Positions 13,760-30,192 of a stretch of DNA of 64,000 bases are shown one piece after another. The translations under genes and the position numbers were made by a program. The stretch lies in assembly GCF_009914755.1 (NCBI RefSeq), contig NC_060938.1; one strand, 5' to 3'. This stretch comes from the human T2T-CHM13v2.0 reference genome, Homo sapiens. The notes below the pieces were generated by a model. The model ran no database searches, was not told the DNA's origin, and worked only from the letters and a program-made list of their open reading frames with translations. Each line of letters opens with the position of its first letter. The stretch's first letter is position 1.

Positions 13760-16700
13760 AGTTTGGATGCTTATGAAATTTCTTAAAGGCTAAAGACTGT
13801 CAAAGAAATCCATTTCTCTTACCATCCTACCTCTTACCTTGGATTTCCTAGAAATCCAATACCAGAGGCCAGCATTAACTAAATATTTAACACATGCATT
13901 TTGTCAACCATGGCTAATACCTATAGAACTTCTAATGCTCTACCTTGAAGCTGATGGTTCTAGGTCCTTCTGAAAGGCCAAGCATTGTGCTGGGGCAGCA
14001 GGTCCACTCACCAGCTCTATTCTGTGCACTATTTAATGCAAGGCACATTGCCTGGGATTAACTAGAATCATGTAAAGACACATGGAGTGGCACCTAGGGG
14101 CTGGGAAGCCTAAAGAGGAGTTAGACAGTCAGTTTAATCCTCAAAAACAGTTTGAACATATTTGGTTTGAATAATTGTTTTCAATAGGCAGCATTTCTCA
14201 TTTGACTATGGAGTACTTTCCTCATGGTATGGGTATTGACATAATAAAGATTTGGCTAAAAAAAAAATGGCCTTATTACTCTGATCAGTTATTGACCTAC
14301 TTTCCCATTCCCTCAAACCTACCCAAAAAGAGCTAGTTTTTTCACTTGAATAAATTTGTCATGGGAAATGTGAAGAAACAATTTTTATCAAATACTTTAA
14401 TGAAGGAAAAAGAATTTTTCTGACCCCCTTTTGCGTTAACAATGCTGTGTTGGTTTGAGATCACCAAATCTATTCCTAACACTGACAGGCAGCATGAGGC
14501 TTAACTATCTGATATGTGAAGTAGAAGGGTCATTTTAATTTTAAACCAACTGTCTTTACCAAACTCCAGGAGGATAGAAATCATATCTGTTAAACTGTTT
14601 TGTTTACAGTAACCACAATGCTATGGGAAAATGGAACATTAAACATTTATTTTAGAGATTATATCTTGTTTTCATTTAGGAGTATAAGAGCAAAAAAATA
14701 TTGTTTTAAGATACCTAAGTTACTACTGGCTTTATAATAGTCACTATCTTTATATCAGTTCTAAATATGAAAAATTAAAAATCAAATTATATTTACTTAT
14801 AATTGCCCATGAAGTGTTCTCTATTGCCTCCAGAAAGCAGAGCCTTGTGATCTTATCTGTCAACATAGGAAAATAATACAGGTATAAATCCCAAGTCCCA
14901 ACAGTCAAGGGGTTGCTTAGATCTTGTTCTTGTTATTCACCTTGGAAAATTGATGTCTAATATAAAAACAGACACGTTCCTCAAATAATTTTTTATCAGT
15001 CTCACAATTTAGAAGATATTTTCAAGGCAATTTTCAGTCCAACCTTCTGATACAAAAAACTATTCCAAACCCATTCCCTGCCCATGCAGTGAAAGTATGT
15101 CACCACCATTTCAGCCTGAACTGGAAGTATCACTTTAAATCTAATCCATTCTTTGTCATTGAAATAGTTGTGTAAAGCCTTTTTTCTTTCTCCTCATCTG
15201 CTAAATGAGATCATCTTCACCCACTTAAGACATCTTGATGAAGTGTTATGGCTTTTAAGGAAATTTAAATATAGGAAATATATTTTTAAGAACACTCTGA
15301 GTATGATTTTATGTTTTCTACCTAGAGATGTAAAATGATTTTTAATTTTAGATTTGTGTTTTTTTCCAAATAATATTCATTTCCTAAAATAACATTTGCT
15401 GGCTAGGGCACTGAGGTTATGAGTGATTTAGTCCCTTTAAATTCTAAACTCTGTATAATATTTTGAGATATTTAATTAAATGAATTTTAAAAAGGTAAAG
15501 GAACAAATTATACATGCGTGTATATATGAGAGACTCTTTTTCTACATCAGGCTTTGTAATAGATAATATATATTTGTTCTATAAGATATAAGCAATAATG
15601 AGTAAGAAGTGGAGAAGACCAACAAAAAGATGACTAATATATAGTGTGGTAAGTACGACAGAATCATGTGAACAGAGGGATATGCTCTACGAGAAGAAAG
15701 AAAAGTCTAAATGATATTGCAGATTTCAGATGGACTGTTCCTTTGTGTAGGATTTCCTACAATTCTACCTTCAACAGCATTGTGATTAAAAAAGCTTATT
15801 TCTCTCATGGGGGGAAATATTTTCCTCCAAAGGAGAGCCAAACTGACTTCCATATGTACGTAATTCCTAGGAATAAATCTCAAGAAAACATTCTCAACAA
15901 TGCATATTTTGTCCCCAAATAAGCACAGCTGTTTAGTATTAGTCTTTCAGTTTATGCTCATCTTTTTCTAGCCTCTTTATAGACAAGGCACTGCAGTTGC
16001 ACCACCAGAATATAAGTTTCAGCTGTATCTGTGTTCCCATCTACTGTTCTGTTACTAAGCTTCAAAGAGAGGTCTAATTTAAGACCTACGGTGTGTTCAA
16101 ACCTGTAGTTTCAGATAAGGATTCTCCCTCTTATATAATGCATTTTAAAATGAGAGCAAAAAGCCCACATCCGTGATGGATTTCCACTGTTTAGCTTTGA
16201 GTATTCTTGAAGCCTTAAATTGAAGAAAGAGTACAGGGTTTGTGAGCTACAGTAATTAGTGCTGGTGGCAGTAAGGCTTGTAGCAGTGTTGATGAAAAGA
16301 AACCATAATTCCTTTTAAACTCCTTAGGGTCTCCTTTCTGAAAGGAAGACTTGCAATGTTTCTTTTTAAAGCTTGGATCAAATAACTTAAGCAGACACTG
16401 TGACAATACCATTTGCAGGAAACAAACCTATGATATGACTCATTCACCCACCAAAATGACACTCTATACACCTACTTGTTCCTTGCCTTTGCTTTCTGAG
16501 TCCTCTGAGTCAAAGCATTTGAAAATCAGTCTGCATGTCAAAGCCCCATGAAAATTTACTTGCTGACATCTTTTCTGCTCATCCTGGTCCACTTTACCTT
16601 CTCCAGCATAGGCAGAGTTATGAACAATGTAGTGATTATTCATTAATAAGGTCTACATGTAACAGAGAACTCATTTTCCTTTCTAAGTTAATATAGGTAA

Positions 16701-18019
16701 TGTGACTTGCTTTGCCATGCTTCATTACTCCATTCCCTAAAGGCTGAGAAAAAATTATTTTACCCTCAGAATTTTACTAATCCTCCAGTTTATCTCAACT
16801 CTCCTCCCTGAAAGCATCTGCCAACGAGGAGACAAACTAGCAGACCAAGGTCAGCACATTGTCCTTTGCAGCTTTTACCATATAATACACATCAACTAAT
16901 TTCATTTGCCTTCGAGAATATTGGGGAAAATTCTGAATCAAATGGTGGTAAATTACTTTTAAAAATTAAATTTGGTACTCATGTCATATCCAAATACCAC
17001 TGCAAATAAATATACTGCCTGGCACATAGTAGGTTTGTCAAATTAATGCTGGAACAAATTGTGGAGCTCATGTCTGGGATTAGGTTCTGCATTCTTTTAT
17101 TCCAAAAAAAAATTGTATTGATCATCTGTGGGCAGACAGAGAGGCACTGTGCTGTGCACTGTGACCTTGAGTTCATCATCCTGCCTCTAGACTGGAGAGT
17201 GGTTTTGATCATTTTATTAATAGATGGATGGAAATTTATATTAGACATACCTCATCTTACACAGTATGTCTGATTCTAAAGAGTATTAAATGCCCTTTAT
17301 TTTATAAATCTAGACACATTTTAATCAGAAAGAAACCAGCTACCTAAAATTATACTAGAACTAAGTTAATTCAATAGATCCCATTATATACGAGGAGACT
17401 TGGACCAAATATTTAACTTACCTAGGTGAAAAGGATAGTTACAAATTCAGGATAAAAATAGCTGTTCTCTTTCCTCCATATTAGGCTATCTCTGTAAACC
17501 CTTTCTTCTTATTAATAGTTTTTTAAATTAATCTAACAACTTCCCATATTTGTCATCTATTATCTTAGAATGTTAGTATAATTGTAGGTTTTCACTGATT
17601 TTATTGGCTTGAATTGGGGTTATATCTGCTTTTCCATAAACTTCTGTGCATTCTCTCCTAGAAAAATATCCTAGATTTTAACTGTTATCATCAGGAGGTT
17701 TTTCTTTGTACATTACTTCATTCTGAACACATTTTACCGTGTCTTTCAGCAGAGGTGAAAACTAATAGGAAGCCATAATTTATTGAATGAAAACAGTTCA
17801 TTTATTTGAGGACAATTAACTAACCCCTTTTTAGTATTCTATTTTTTCCAGTTAATTTATCTCAATTACCTTGCTTCTATATGAGATAACTTGTTGATAT
17901 ATTTTTGACCCAGAGTGAATGCTTATTAAAATAGGATTAATATATCAGCATTATTTCTCTTTACCAAATATTTCCAAGATATTTTATTCATGAATATCAA
18001 CAAGAAATGAGAAAAATAG

Positions 18020-18250
18020 GACATTCATTGAGTGTCTATTATGTATCAGCAACGTTTTAGTTATTTAGTCGTATCTAACCCTCACTGTATCCCTGTGAAA
18101 ATGGCTTCTGGAATGTTTAAATTTTCAAACACGAGAACACTGAAGCCCAGGAAGGTTGAATAACTTGCCCAATGTCACACAGTTAATGAGAGGTGAGGAC
18201 AAGATACAAATCCAAGTCTGCCAATAACAAAGCCTATTCTCTAACACAAC
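18020..18250 (-). mobile_element. MIR, near full length
   Basis: CATTCATTGAGTGTCTATTATGT...ACTGAAGCCCAGGAAGGTTGAATAACTTGCCCAATGTCACACAG. Confidence 0.8.
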
Positions 18251-18639
18251 ACTCTGATTCAAATGACAAATGAGAAAAATAAGCCTCCTCTGAGGATGAG
18301 ATTTGGAGTCTGGGAAGGTTAAATGACATATTTCAAAGGGCCACTTGCAAGCCTTCCTTGGAGCACCAGGTCCCATTCCTGAGTTCTGGACTCCGAGTCT
18401 GCCCAGAAAGTATCCTTAAAGCCCAATTTTTCCCATCTGTGCCTGAGAGCTGGAGCACTCAGGAGAGGTTCCAGATTGACATCTGGCGATTTAAAGTTCC
18501 CCTAGAGTTATATAGAATGAGAATCTGGCTTATATTTTCTTTTCCCTACATAGCAGCTCATAATGACTCGTCTGTCGCTGGCTGTTAAAGTGGTTGGCAG
18601 GCCTGGTGTATGCAAGAAGCCGGGGTAACAGAGCCAGGA

Positions 18640-18795
18640 TGTCTCAGTTGGTTAAGGGCGAGAGTGGAGGGCCCAAGCATAGTCTCTGATTCCAGCTTTT
18701 GCTTTGGGCAGTCACTTAACATCTCTCTGCCCAGTCCTCCCATCTGTAAAATGGAAAGAGGAATACTGATGAACCTCTCAAAGAAGCTGTGAGGC
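18640..18795 (+). mobile_element. MIR
   Basis: Core TTGGGCAGTCACTTAACATCTCTCTGCCCAGTCCTCCCATCTGTAAAATGG. Confidence 0.75.
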
Positions 18796-19689
18796 AGAAC
18801 CCATCCATGATTAACACAGTCTTTTGGATACAGAAAGGGCAGTGGAAAAGTTTAAAATCACTTCAGTATGGGATCATTTGATATAAATGTGTTTAAAATT
18901 ACTATTTGGAAATCCTTGTGCAACAAACCTTTAATTTGGCATTGGCTGTTAGATGTAGCCAGTCTTTTAGGAACTACTGCAGCAATAACTGCCCTGTGGA
19001 AATTGTGTAGGAAAATAATAGAAATACATCAAGCAAGAATGTGCATTAGATACTCCATTCCCCAGCCCCTCAGCAGGCTTCTGGAGGTCATACTCTATGT
19101 GTTCTTCATGTGTTCTTCATGTTTCACTTGCCCCGTAGTACCTACTTCAGGGCCTTGCACCAAGGAAACCATCGGCTGAGAGTCATTCTTCATGGCATGG
19201 TTCAAGGCCACGAGAAGCTATACTGAATGGTCCTGGGACTTTAATTTTTAGACAGAATGGCTAATGGCCTTGATTTGCCTTGTGTCACTTTGATAGATTT
19301 TCTAAGTGCCAAATTGTTAAGAGGTTCCATATTTCTAGTTTCCAATTTCTCTGGGCTCTCTGAGTATGCAGTTGCACAGGTGTATGGCTTGGGCACACAC
19401 CCAATATAACTTTACTTTACCCTCGAACTCATTAGAAAGTAGCCAACTACACCTGTTCAGGCCCGGGTGAGTCCTCTTTTACATCTTTATTTCTCTCATC
19501 CATATGAGGAATAAGACTTGCTATTGGCAAGATGTGGTTTATATACTGTGACTGCACTTTGGACAGTATTTTTTTTTAATGTCTTATGAGGGAAAGATAA
19601 AAATAAAGGCTGTTTATTGGACTTTACTGTTTCCTGGCCCTGCCAAATTGTGATGCAGTACCATGCTACTGCAGAGGGAGTGCTTGTAC

Positions 19690-19813
19690 TTACAGCACTG
19701 ATATCAGTTGGAAACTATCAATACTCAGTCCAACCTAGAATTTCAGAATCGGAATTCTTATTCTAATAAGATCTCCAGGTTATTTGTGTACACATTAGGA
19801 GTAAGAGGCACTG
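19690..19813. mobile_element. MER5A/MER5B-like hAT relic
   Basis: AATAAGATCTCCAGGTTATTTGTGTACACATTAGGAGTAAGAGGCACTG resembles the MER5 terminus. Confidence 0.5.
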
Positions 19814-20116
19814 GGCTAGGATATGGGCTTTAGAATAATTAGGAAAGGTTAAAAACCCAAGTGTCTTTGGAGTTAGCAGTGGTATTGAGTTCTATAACTA
19901 TCATTGTGGCATAGTCTTATATGAAAAAAAAATTAATGAAGCATAAAGACTGAGTCTTCCTTCCTGTGCAGCTGTGAAGATCTCCCCTCCAGAGTGTCTG
20001 TTTCTGCTTTGATACTTGGTTTCTCCTTCCACATCTGATGCTACTTCTGCCCTCTCTTCTAGGTAAATCAGAAGCCAGAGTATCTCCTTAGCCTCCAATA
20101 CACTCTTCTGCCTTAC

Positions 20117-20986
20117 CTTCATTGAACTGACAATTCTCTGAAGAGCTCAGACTAGTTTTCCTTGCAGATAACTTTGAGTCCTTTAGGCTTGTCACAGGAA
20201 GAGGGAAAAAGAAGTAGTGCAACTCCCTAACTAGCTTACTTTGGCTCCTGGATGCCAAGGCAGATGTTACAAATGACACGACATCTCTGCTCAGGGCCTC
20301 AGTGTGGAAATTACTCAGCAGAGCAGACATGGGCCTTTCTGTTTTACTGCCAGTTATGAGCTTGTGAATAGCACACCACACTGCCCTGATTAGTGGACGT
20401 TTTGACTCCCTCCTCATAATCACAGGACTGGAGCGGAATGATAAGGAGAGCTTCCATGATAGAGTTGGTGATGTGGGGCAGCTCTCCCTCTTCTCCTTTG
20501 TTGTGCTTCTCTTAATGCACACAACCCTTTGAAGTCTGATTCTTTATTTTTGCCCGACTCACCTGAGCCATCAGCAGCCCCTCATTTCCAATATAGTTCC
20601 CTTATCACTGTCCTGATTGAGGCTTGAAAGCACCCGTAGGAGCGCTTCGATGTTAGCGCACAGCTGGTGGGTTGTACAATTCCCTGCTGCCTACCAGGAA
20701 ATGTTGATTCTCCTATTGTACTGCAATGAATAATCACCTTAATTTTTATTAGAGGTTTATCTTCAGACCTAGCCTAACTTTTCTGAAAAGTCCAAGGGAA
20801 TTGGGCAGTTGATTAAGAGTCCAGTTAGTATTACTAAGGGATTTCTTCACGGGGGGCAGGGGCGGGGGACTCATACAAGACTTCAATTCTATGCTTTTCT
20901 TTTTTGAGTATGCATGCAAGGGCTGATGAGTGAGCAACAGAGGATGTCTGAACTGGAGCTCATAGTGCTCAGGTGGGTATGACTCA
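20117..20986 (-). promoter_or_regulatory. Candidate minus-strand promoter with two 5' exons (lncRNA-like)
   Basis: AP-1 TGACTCA 20980-20986; GC box within GGGGGGCAGGGGCGGGGG 20851-20868; CpG cluster 20635-20658; donor CAG|GTGAGT at 20563; pyrimidine tract plus AAG acceptor (20187 or 20180) and GAAG|GTAAGG donor at 20117. Confidence 0.35.
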
Positions 20987-21789
20987 TTTTCTTTGGATCC
21001 CAGTGGCATAGAACTCTGACTCTCATCTTCCTTTGACTTACTGAAGGGCATAGAAGAAAAACAAGTGGCAAGTGGCTGCATTTAGGTTCTGATAAGAGGG
21101 TAAAGATGCTGTTTGGTAATGGAAAATTTACCCAGTCTGTGTAAGGAGGTATTGAGTTACCTCTTACATAGAATCAGACTATTTTCCTTATGATAATAAA
21201 CATATATGTAATCTTAAACATCTATGGATCAAAAGCCTGCTATTTCCATATATAAATCTTTCTAAAAGCAAAAACAGTACTTGGTTGTTTACATAGATGA
21301 AATGTACTTTAAACGAGAGAAGAAAATTGCTTCATCTTAAATTGTTAACCGTGATCAATTTGTAGTGGCTATTTGGAGTCCTGTGTTGAAAAGAATATTG
21401 AAGCAATATTCTTTGGGCTCCATGGAAGAGAATACCATGCTAAATTGCAAAGAAGGTAGTGGCAGCATTTCTACTACATGCTTTCTTTATACCATTCATA
21501 CATATTCTACTTACTATTCAAATAGTAATAGCATTTGTCCTTCCACCAGCAACAAATTACCATTTGGAAGGAAAAATATCTTCAACTGCTGATAGAGAGT
21601 TAGCTCTGATTTACTCATAGGTGCTTTCTTATTTCAGAATACAGGGTTTACTGAATAAAACAAGGCATCTTGCCTGAATAAATGCTACCAGCCTGTCTTA
21701 AATATACCATACAGTTCATATAGATTAGGACATGCCTAGTATTCAGAATTCTATGCACTTTCTTTTGTTCTGTTTCAATATTTCTCTGG

Positions 21790-21905
21790 ATTTGGTGTCA
21801 GAGGGTTTAGCCTAACACTCTGGCTAAAACACAATTTAAGATCTGTATGACCTTGGGTGAGTTCCTCAACTTTTTTGAGCTTTGATTTCTTACTTTGAAG
21901 GTGGA
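21790..21905 (+). mobile_element. MIR fragment
   Basis: CTGTATGACCTTGGGTGAGTTCCTCAACTTTTTTGAGCTTTGATTTCTT. Confidence 0.6.
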
Positions 21906-22689
21906 TGGAAAAGATATAAAACAAGATATGTTAATATAGTCACAGTAGAAGTTACTAGAAGTTACTGGAGTTGTAAAATAGGAAAGGGGGAAAACAGGAT
22001 GGTGTTAGGGGCACAGACAACGTTAGTTAAATCTAAATCTCAATAGTCTCCTTATGAAAGCGAAACACTAAAACACCAAAAATATAAGGAAACGCAAAGT
22101 ATTTTAGCTGTAGAATGAGCGTTAAATATTTGAAAAGAATATAACCATTTACGTGTGGGCTAGGCCCCTCTGATGATGGTAACAGATGTCCATAAACAGA
22201 TTAGTCTCTAGATTGCCTGGAGTCTCGTAGAGTTTCTGAGATACTGTGTCTTTTCTTCGAGTGGGCAGTGGCAAAGCCTCTTCTCCAGTTTATATTGAAC
22301 AGACACATAAATGTGTCTATCTTTTACATGGCTGAATAAGTTGGGAGTCACTGTTGGTAAATTTCATTGTAAAAGATCATCTGTGAACAAGGCAGCTAAG
22401 GCTAAAGGAAGGGATTTGGTTACGTTTACTTGACCAAACTAAGAAAAGATAAAATACAAAGTACAGAAATGGATGTTTATAAAATGGACATGAACTACAT
22501 TAAGGTAATTAACACCTATGTATAAATGGGACAGGTTCTTAGTATTTATTCATGCAAACAACATAACCTTAATAACTTTCCACACACTATTTCTTCTGGT
22601 GGCTTACCTCAGATGTCCTGGGTTTCAGTCCCTGGGCAGTACTTCTTCCCCATGCACGCCTACCTTACTTCCAGGAAAAGATCCGAAGG

Positions 22690-22872
22690 ACAGTTCTGGT
22701 TTTGCCACCCAACAATTTTGTGATCTCTTGCAACTTTCTTGACTTCTCTGTACCTCACATTCCTCACTTGTGAAATGGAGACAATAATAGTATATAACTC
22801 ATAGAGTTCTAGTGAGGATTCAAGAAAATGTAAAGCTAAAAAAAAAGATGTGGCACAAATAATGTTGGCTGC
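22690..22872 (+). mobile_element. MIR
   Basis: CTTCTCTGTACCTCACATTCCTCACTTGTGAAATGGAGACAATAATAGTA...CTCATAGAGTT...GTGAGGATT. Confidence 0.75.
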
Positions 22873-22924
22873 TATCTTTTTTCTGAGGGGAGGCAATATG
22901 CATTACCTTAAATATTTGCCTTTT

Positions 22925-23193
22925 CTATTTTGTATTTATTTTTATTTTAATTATTTTTAAAAATTTATACATAACAGACGAACATATTTTGGTGATAATT
23001 TGATGCATTCATATTTTAAAGCTCAAATTATGGTAATTGGGATTTTCATCACCTTAAATATTTATCTCTTCTTTATGCTAGGAACATTTGACTTATTCTC
23101 TTCTAGCTGTTTTGAAATGTACAATTGGTTATTGTTAACTATAATCACCCACCTGATCTATTGATCACTAGATTTTCTGTCTTTTGTCTAACT
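22925..23193 (-). mobile_element. L1MA 3' end fragment
   Basis: GGTAATTGGGATTTTCATCACCTTAAATATTTATC...TCTTCTAGCTGTTTTGAAATGTACAAT is typical of an L1MA 3' UTR. Confidence 0.75.
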
Positions 23194-23269
23194 TGCTGCT
23201 GTCTTAATCATTAACATTGCCATTAACCTCAGCACCTCCATAGATAAACACTGGCCTGATAGTGTAGAT

Positions 23270-24100
23270 CAGAGGTCCTCAGAGTATGGTCTGCAGATCC
23301 ACGGGTATCTCCAAGGCCATTTCGGGTCTGTGAGGTCAAGACTATTCCCATAATAATACTAAGATATTATTTGCTTTCTTAACACTGTTCATTTTGCACA
23401 GGTGATGCAAAAGCTGTGATGGGAAGAGCTGCTGTAACCTTAATAGTAGACCAACACAGTGCCACCAAATATATACTAGCAGTTACAATCTTCACCATCA
23501 CACACTCAGAGTTGAAAAAAAAAATCAGTATTTCTTAAGAATCCCATTGAATGAAGTAGTTAAAATGATTAATTTTATTAAATCTCAACCCGAGTAAACA
23601 TCTGTTGAGTATCTGTTATAAAATAGAAATATGCACAATGTACACTTGCTGCGTACTAATGCATGTGTGTAGCTGAGTTGCAAGCTGAACTAGCCATCAT
23701 TTTCACAGAGGAACGTTTTCCTTTTTTTCACTACAAAGAACAACTCACAAATTGTGGTTACTGGACTTATATATTTGGCCATCATTTTCTAAAATGAGCT
23801 GAATTTGACACTTCAAGGAAAACAATTACAGTATTTGTTGTAAGCTATGAAGTTTAAGCTTTCAAACAATAATTACAATTGTGGAAAAATTTTATTCACT
23901 ATCATGATCTTGGTAGTGTCCCGGTGTATTAACACTTCTCTAATTACATCAGCAGTGAAGTTAATATATGTGATATGATTGACGTCTAACAAAATGTATC
24001 AACATTTAGCTCTGTATAACTTTAAAAAGAAGATTTTGCAAGTAATAAATGTTTACCATTACAAAATTATGAATTAGTGCAAGACAGGCCAATAGATTTT
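23270..24100 (+). mobile_element. Charlie1a hAT DNA transposon, left part
   Basis: Terminus CAGAGGTCCTCAGAGTATGGTC...GTGAGGTCAAGACTATT...CATAATAATACTAAGA matches the Charlie1 5' end; interrupted by the L1. Confidence 0.8.
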
Positions 24101-24330
24101 TTTTTTAATTTTATTATTATTATACTTTAAGTTTTAGGGTACATGTGCACAATGTGCAGGTTTATTACATATGTATACATGTGCCATGTTGGTGTGCTGC
24201 ACCCATTAACTCATCATTTAGCATTAGGTATATCTCCTAATGCTATCCCTCCCCGCTCCCGCCACCCCCCACCCCACAACAGTCTCTGGTGTGTGACGTT
24301 CCCCTTCCTGTGTCCATGTGTTCTCATTGT

Positions 24331-28146
<3,816 letters not shown>

Positions 28147-28194
28147 TTATTTTGCCCATTAGTTGATGCAGTTTCTTCCTAGCCTTGATGGTCT

Positions 28195-29150
28195 TTACAA
28201 TTTGTTTTTGCAGTGGCAGGCCTGGTGGTGACAAAATCTCTCAACATTTGCTTGTCTGTAAAGTATTTTATTTCTCCTTCACTTATGAAGCTTAGTTTGG
28301 CTGGATATGAAATTCTGGGTTGAAAATTCTTTTCTTTAAGAATGTTGAATATTGGCCCCTACTCTCTTCTGGCTTATAGAGTTTCTGCTGAGAGACCAGC
28401 TGTTAGTCTGATGGGCTTCCCTTTGCGGGTAACCTGACCTTTGTCTCTGGCTGCCCTTAACATTTTTTCCTTAATTTCAACTTTGGTGAATCTGACAATT
28501 ATGTGTGTTGGAGTTGCTCTTCTCGAGGAGTATCTTTGTGGCATTCTCTGTATTTTCTGAATTTGAATGTTGGCCTGCCTTGCTAGATTGGGGAAGTTCT
28601 CCTGGATAATATCCTGCAGAGTGTTTTCCAACTTGGTTCCATTCTCCCCATCACTTTCAGGTACACCAATCAGACATAGATTTGGTCTTTTCACATAGTC
28701 CCATATTTCTTGGAGGATTTGTTCATTTCTTTTTATTCTTTTTTCTCTAAACTTCTCTTCTTGCTTCATTTCATTCATTTCATCTTCCATCGCTGATACT
28801 CTTTCTTCCAGTTGATCGCATCGGCTACTGAGGCTTGTGCATTCGTCATGTAGTTCTCGTGCCATGGTTTTCAGCTCCATCAGCTCCTTTAAGGACTTCT
28901 CTGCATTGGTTATTCTAGTTACCCATTTGTCTAATTTTTTTTCAAGGTTTTTAACTTCTTTGCCATTGTTTTGAAGTTCCTCCTTTAGCTTGGAGTAGTT
29001 TGGTCTTCTGAAGCCTTCTTCTCTCAACTTGTCAAAGTCATTCTCCGTTCAGCTTTGTTCCGTTGCTGGTGAGGTGCTGCGTTCCTTTGGAGGAGGAGAG
29101 ATGCTCTGATTTTTAGGGTTTCCAGTTTTTCTGCTCTGTTTTTTCCCCAT
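28195..29150 (-). pseudogene. L1 ORF1p, disrupted
   Basis: MGKKQSRK start at 29150; stops at 29049 and 28374; ~61 bp missing near 28204-28217 relative to consensus. Confidence 0.95.
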
Positions 29151-29724
29151 CTTTGTGGTTTTATCTACCTTTGGTCTTTGATGATGGTGACGTACAGATG
29201 GGGTTTTGGGTGGATGTCCTTTCTGTTTGTTAGTTTTCCTTCTAACAGTCAGGACCCTCAGCTGCAGGTCTGTTGGAGTTTGCTGGAGGTGCACTCCAGA
29301 CCCTGTTTGCCTGGGAATCAGCAGCGGTGGCTGCAGAACAGTGGATATTGGTGAACCACAAATGCTGCTGCCTGATCGTTCCTCTGGACGTTTTGTCTCA
29401 GAGGAGTACCCGGTCGTGTGAGCTATCAGTCCACCCCTACTGGGGGGGTGCCTCCCAGTTAGGCTACTCGCGGGTCAGGGACCCACTTGAAGAGGCAGTC
29501 TGCCCGTTCTCAGATCTCCAGCTGCATGCTGGGAGAACCACTACTCTCTTCAAAGCTGTCAGACAGGGACATTTAAGTCTGCAGAGGTTACACTGCCTTT
29601 TGTTTGTCTGTGCCCTGCCCCCAGAGGTGGAGCCTACAGAGGCAGGCAGGCCTCCTTGCGCTGTGGTGGGCTCCACCCAGTTGGAGCTTCCCGGCTGCTT
29701 TGTTTACCTACTCAATCCTGGGCA

Positions 29725-30084
29725 ATGGCGGGCGCCCCTCCCCTAGCCTCGCTGCCGCCTTGCAGTTTGATCTCAGACTGCTGTGCTAGCAATGAGGGAG
29801 GCTCCCTTGGCATAGGACCCTCCGAGCCAGGTGTGGGATATAATCTGGTTTGCCGTTTGTTAAGCCAGTTGGAAAAGCGCAGTATTATGGTGGGAGTGAC
29901 CCGATTTTCCAGGTGCCGTCTGTCACCCCTTTCTTTGACTAGGAAAGGGAATTCCCTGACCCCTTGGGCTTCCCAGGGGAGGCTATGCCTTGCCCTGCTT
30001 CGGCTCACGCACAGTGCGCTGCACCCACTGTCCTGCACCCACAGCCCAGCACTCCCCAGTGAGATGAACCTGGTACCTCAGTAG
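29725..30084 (+). CDS. L1 ORF0-like antisense ORF (119 aa); translation unproven
   Basis: GCAATGG Kozak context; MAGAPPLASLPPCSLISDCCASN... matches the ORF0 N-terminus; donors at 29830 and 29912 retained. Confidence 0.45.
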   Translation: MAGAPPLASLPPCSLISDCCASNEGGSLGIGPSEPGVGYNLVCRLLSQLEKRSIMVGVTRFSRCRLSPLSLTRKGNSLTPWASQGRLCLALLRLTHSALHPLSCTHSPALPSEMNLVPQ

Positions 30085-30192
30085 GAAATGCAGAAATCAC
30101 CCGTCTTCTGCATGGCTCATGCTGGGAGCTGTAGACTGGAGCTGTTCCTATTCGGCCATCTTGGTTCCACCCTCCATAGGCCAATATATTTT

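Noticed and set aside
16548-16646. Short ORF MKIYLLTSFLLILVHFTFSS... resembling a signal peptide
   Set aside because: 32 codons, no convincing splice donor or promoter; T-rich DNA readily yields hydrophobic peptides.
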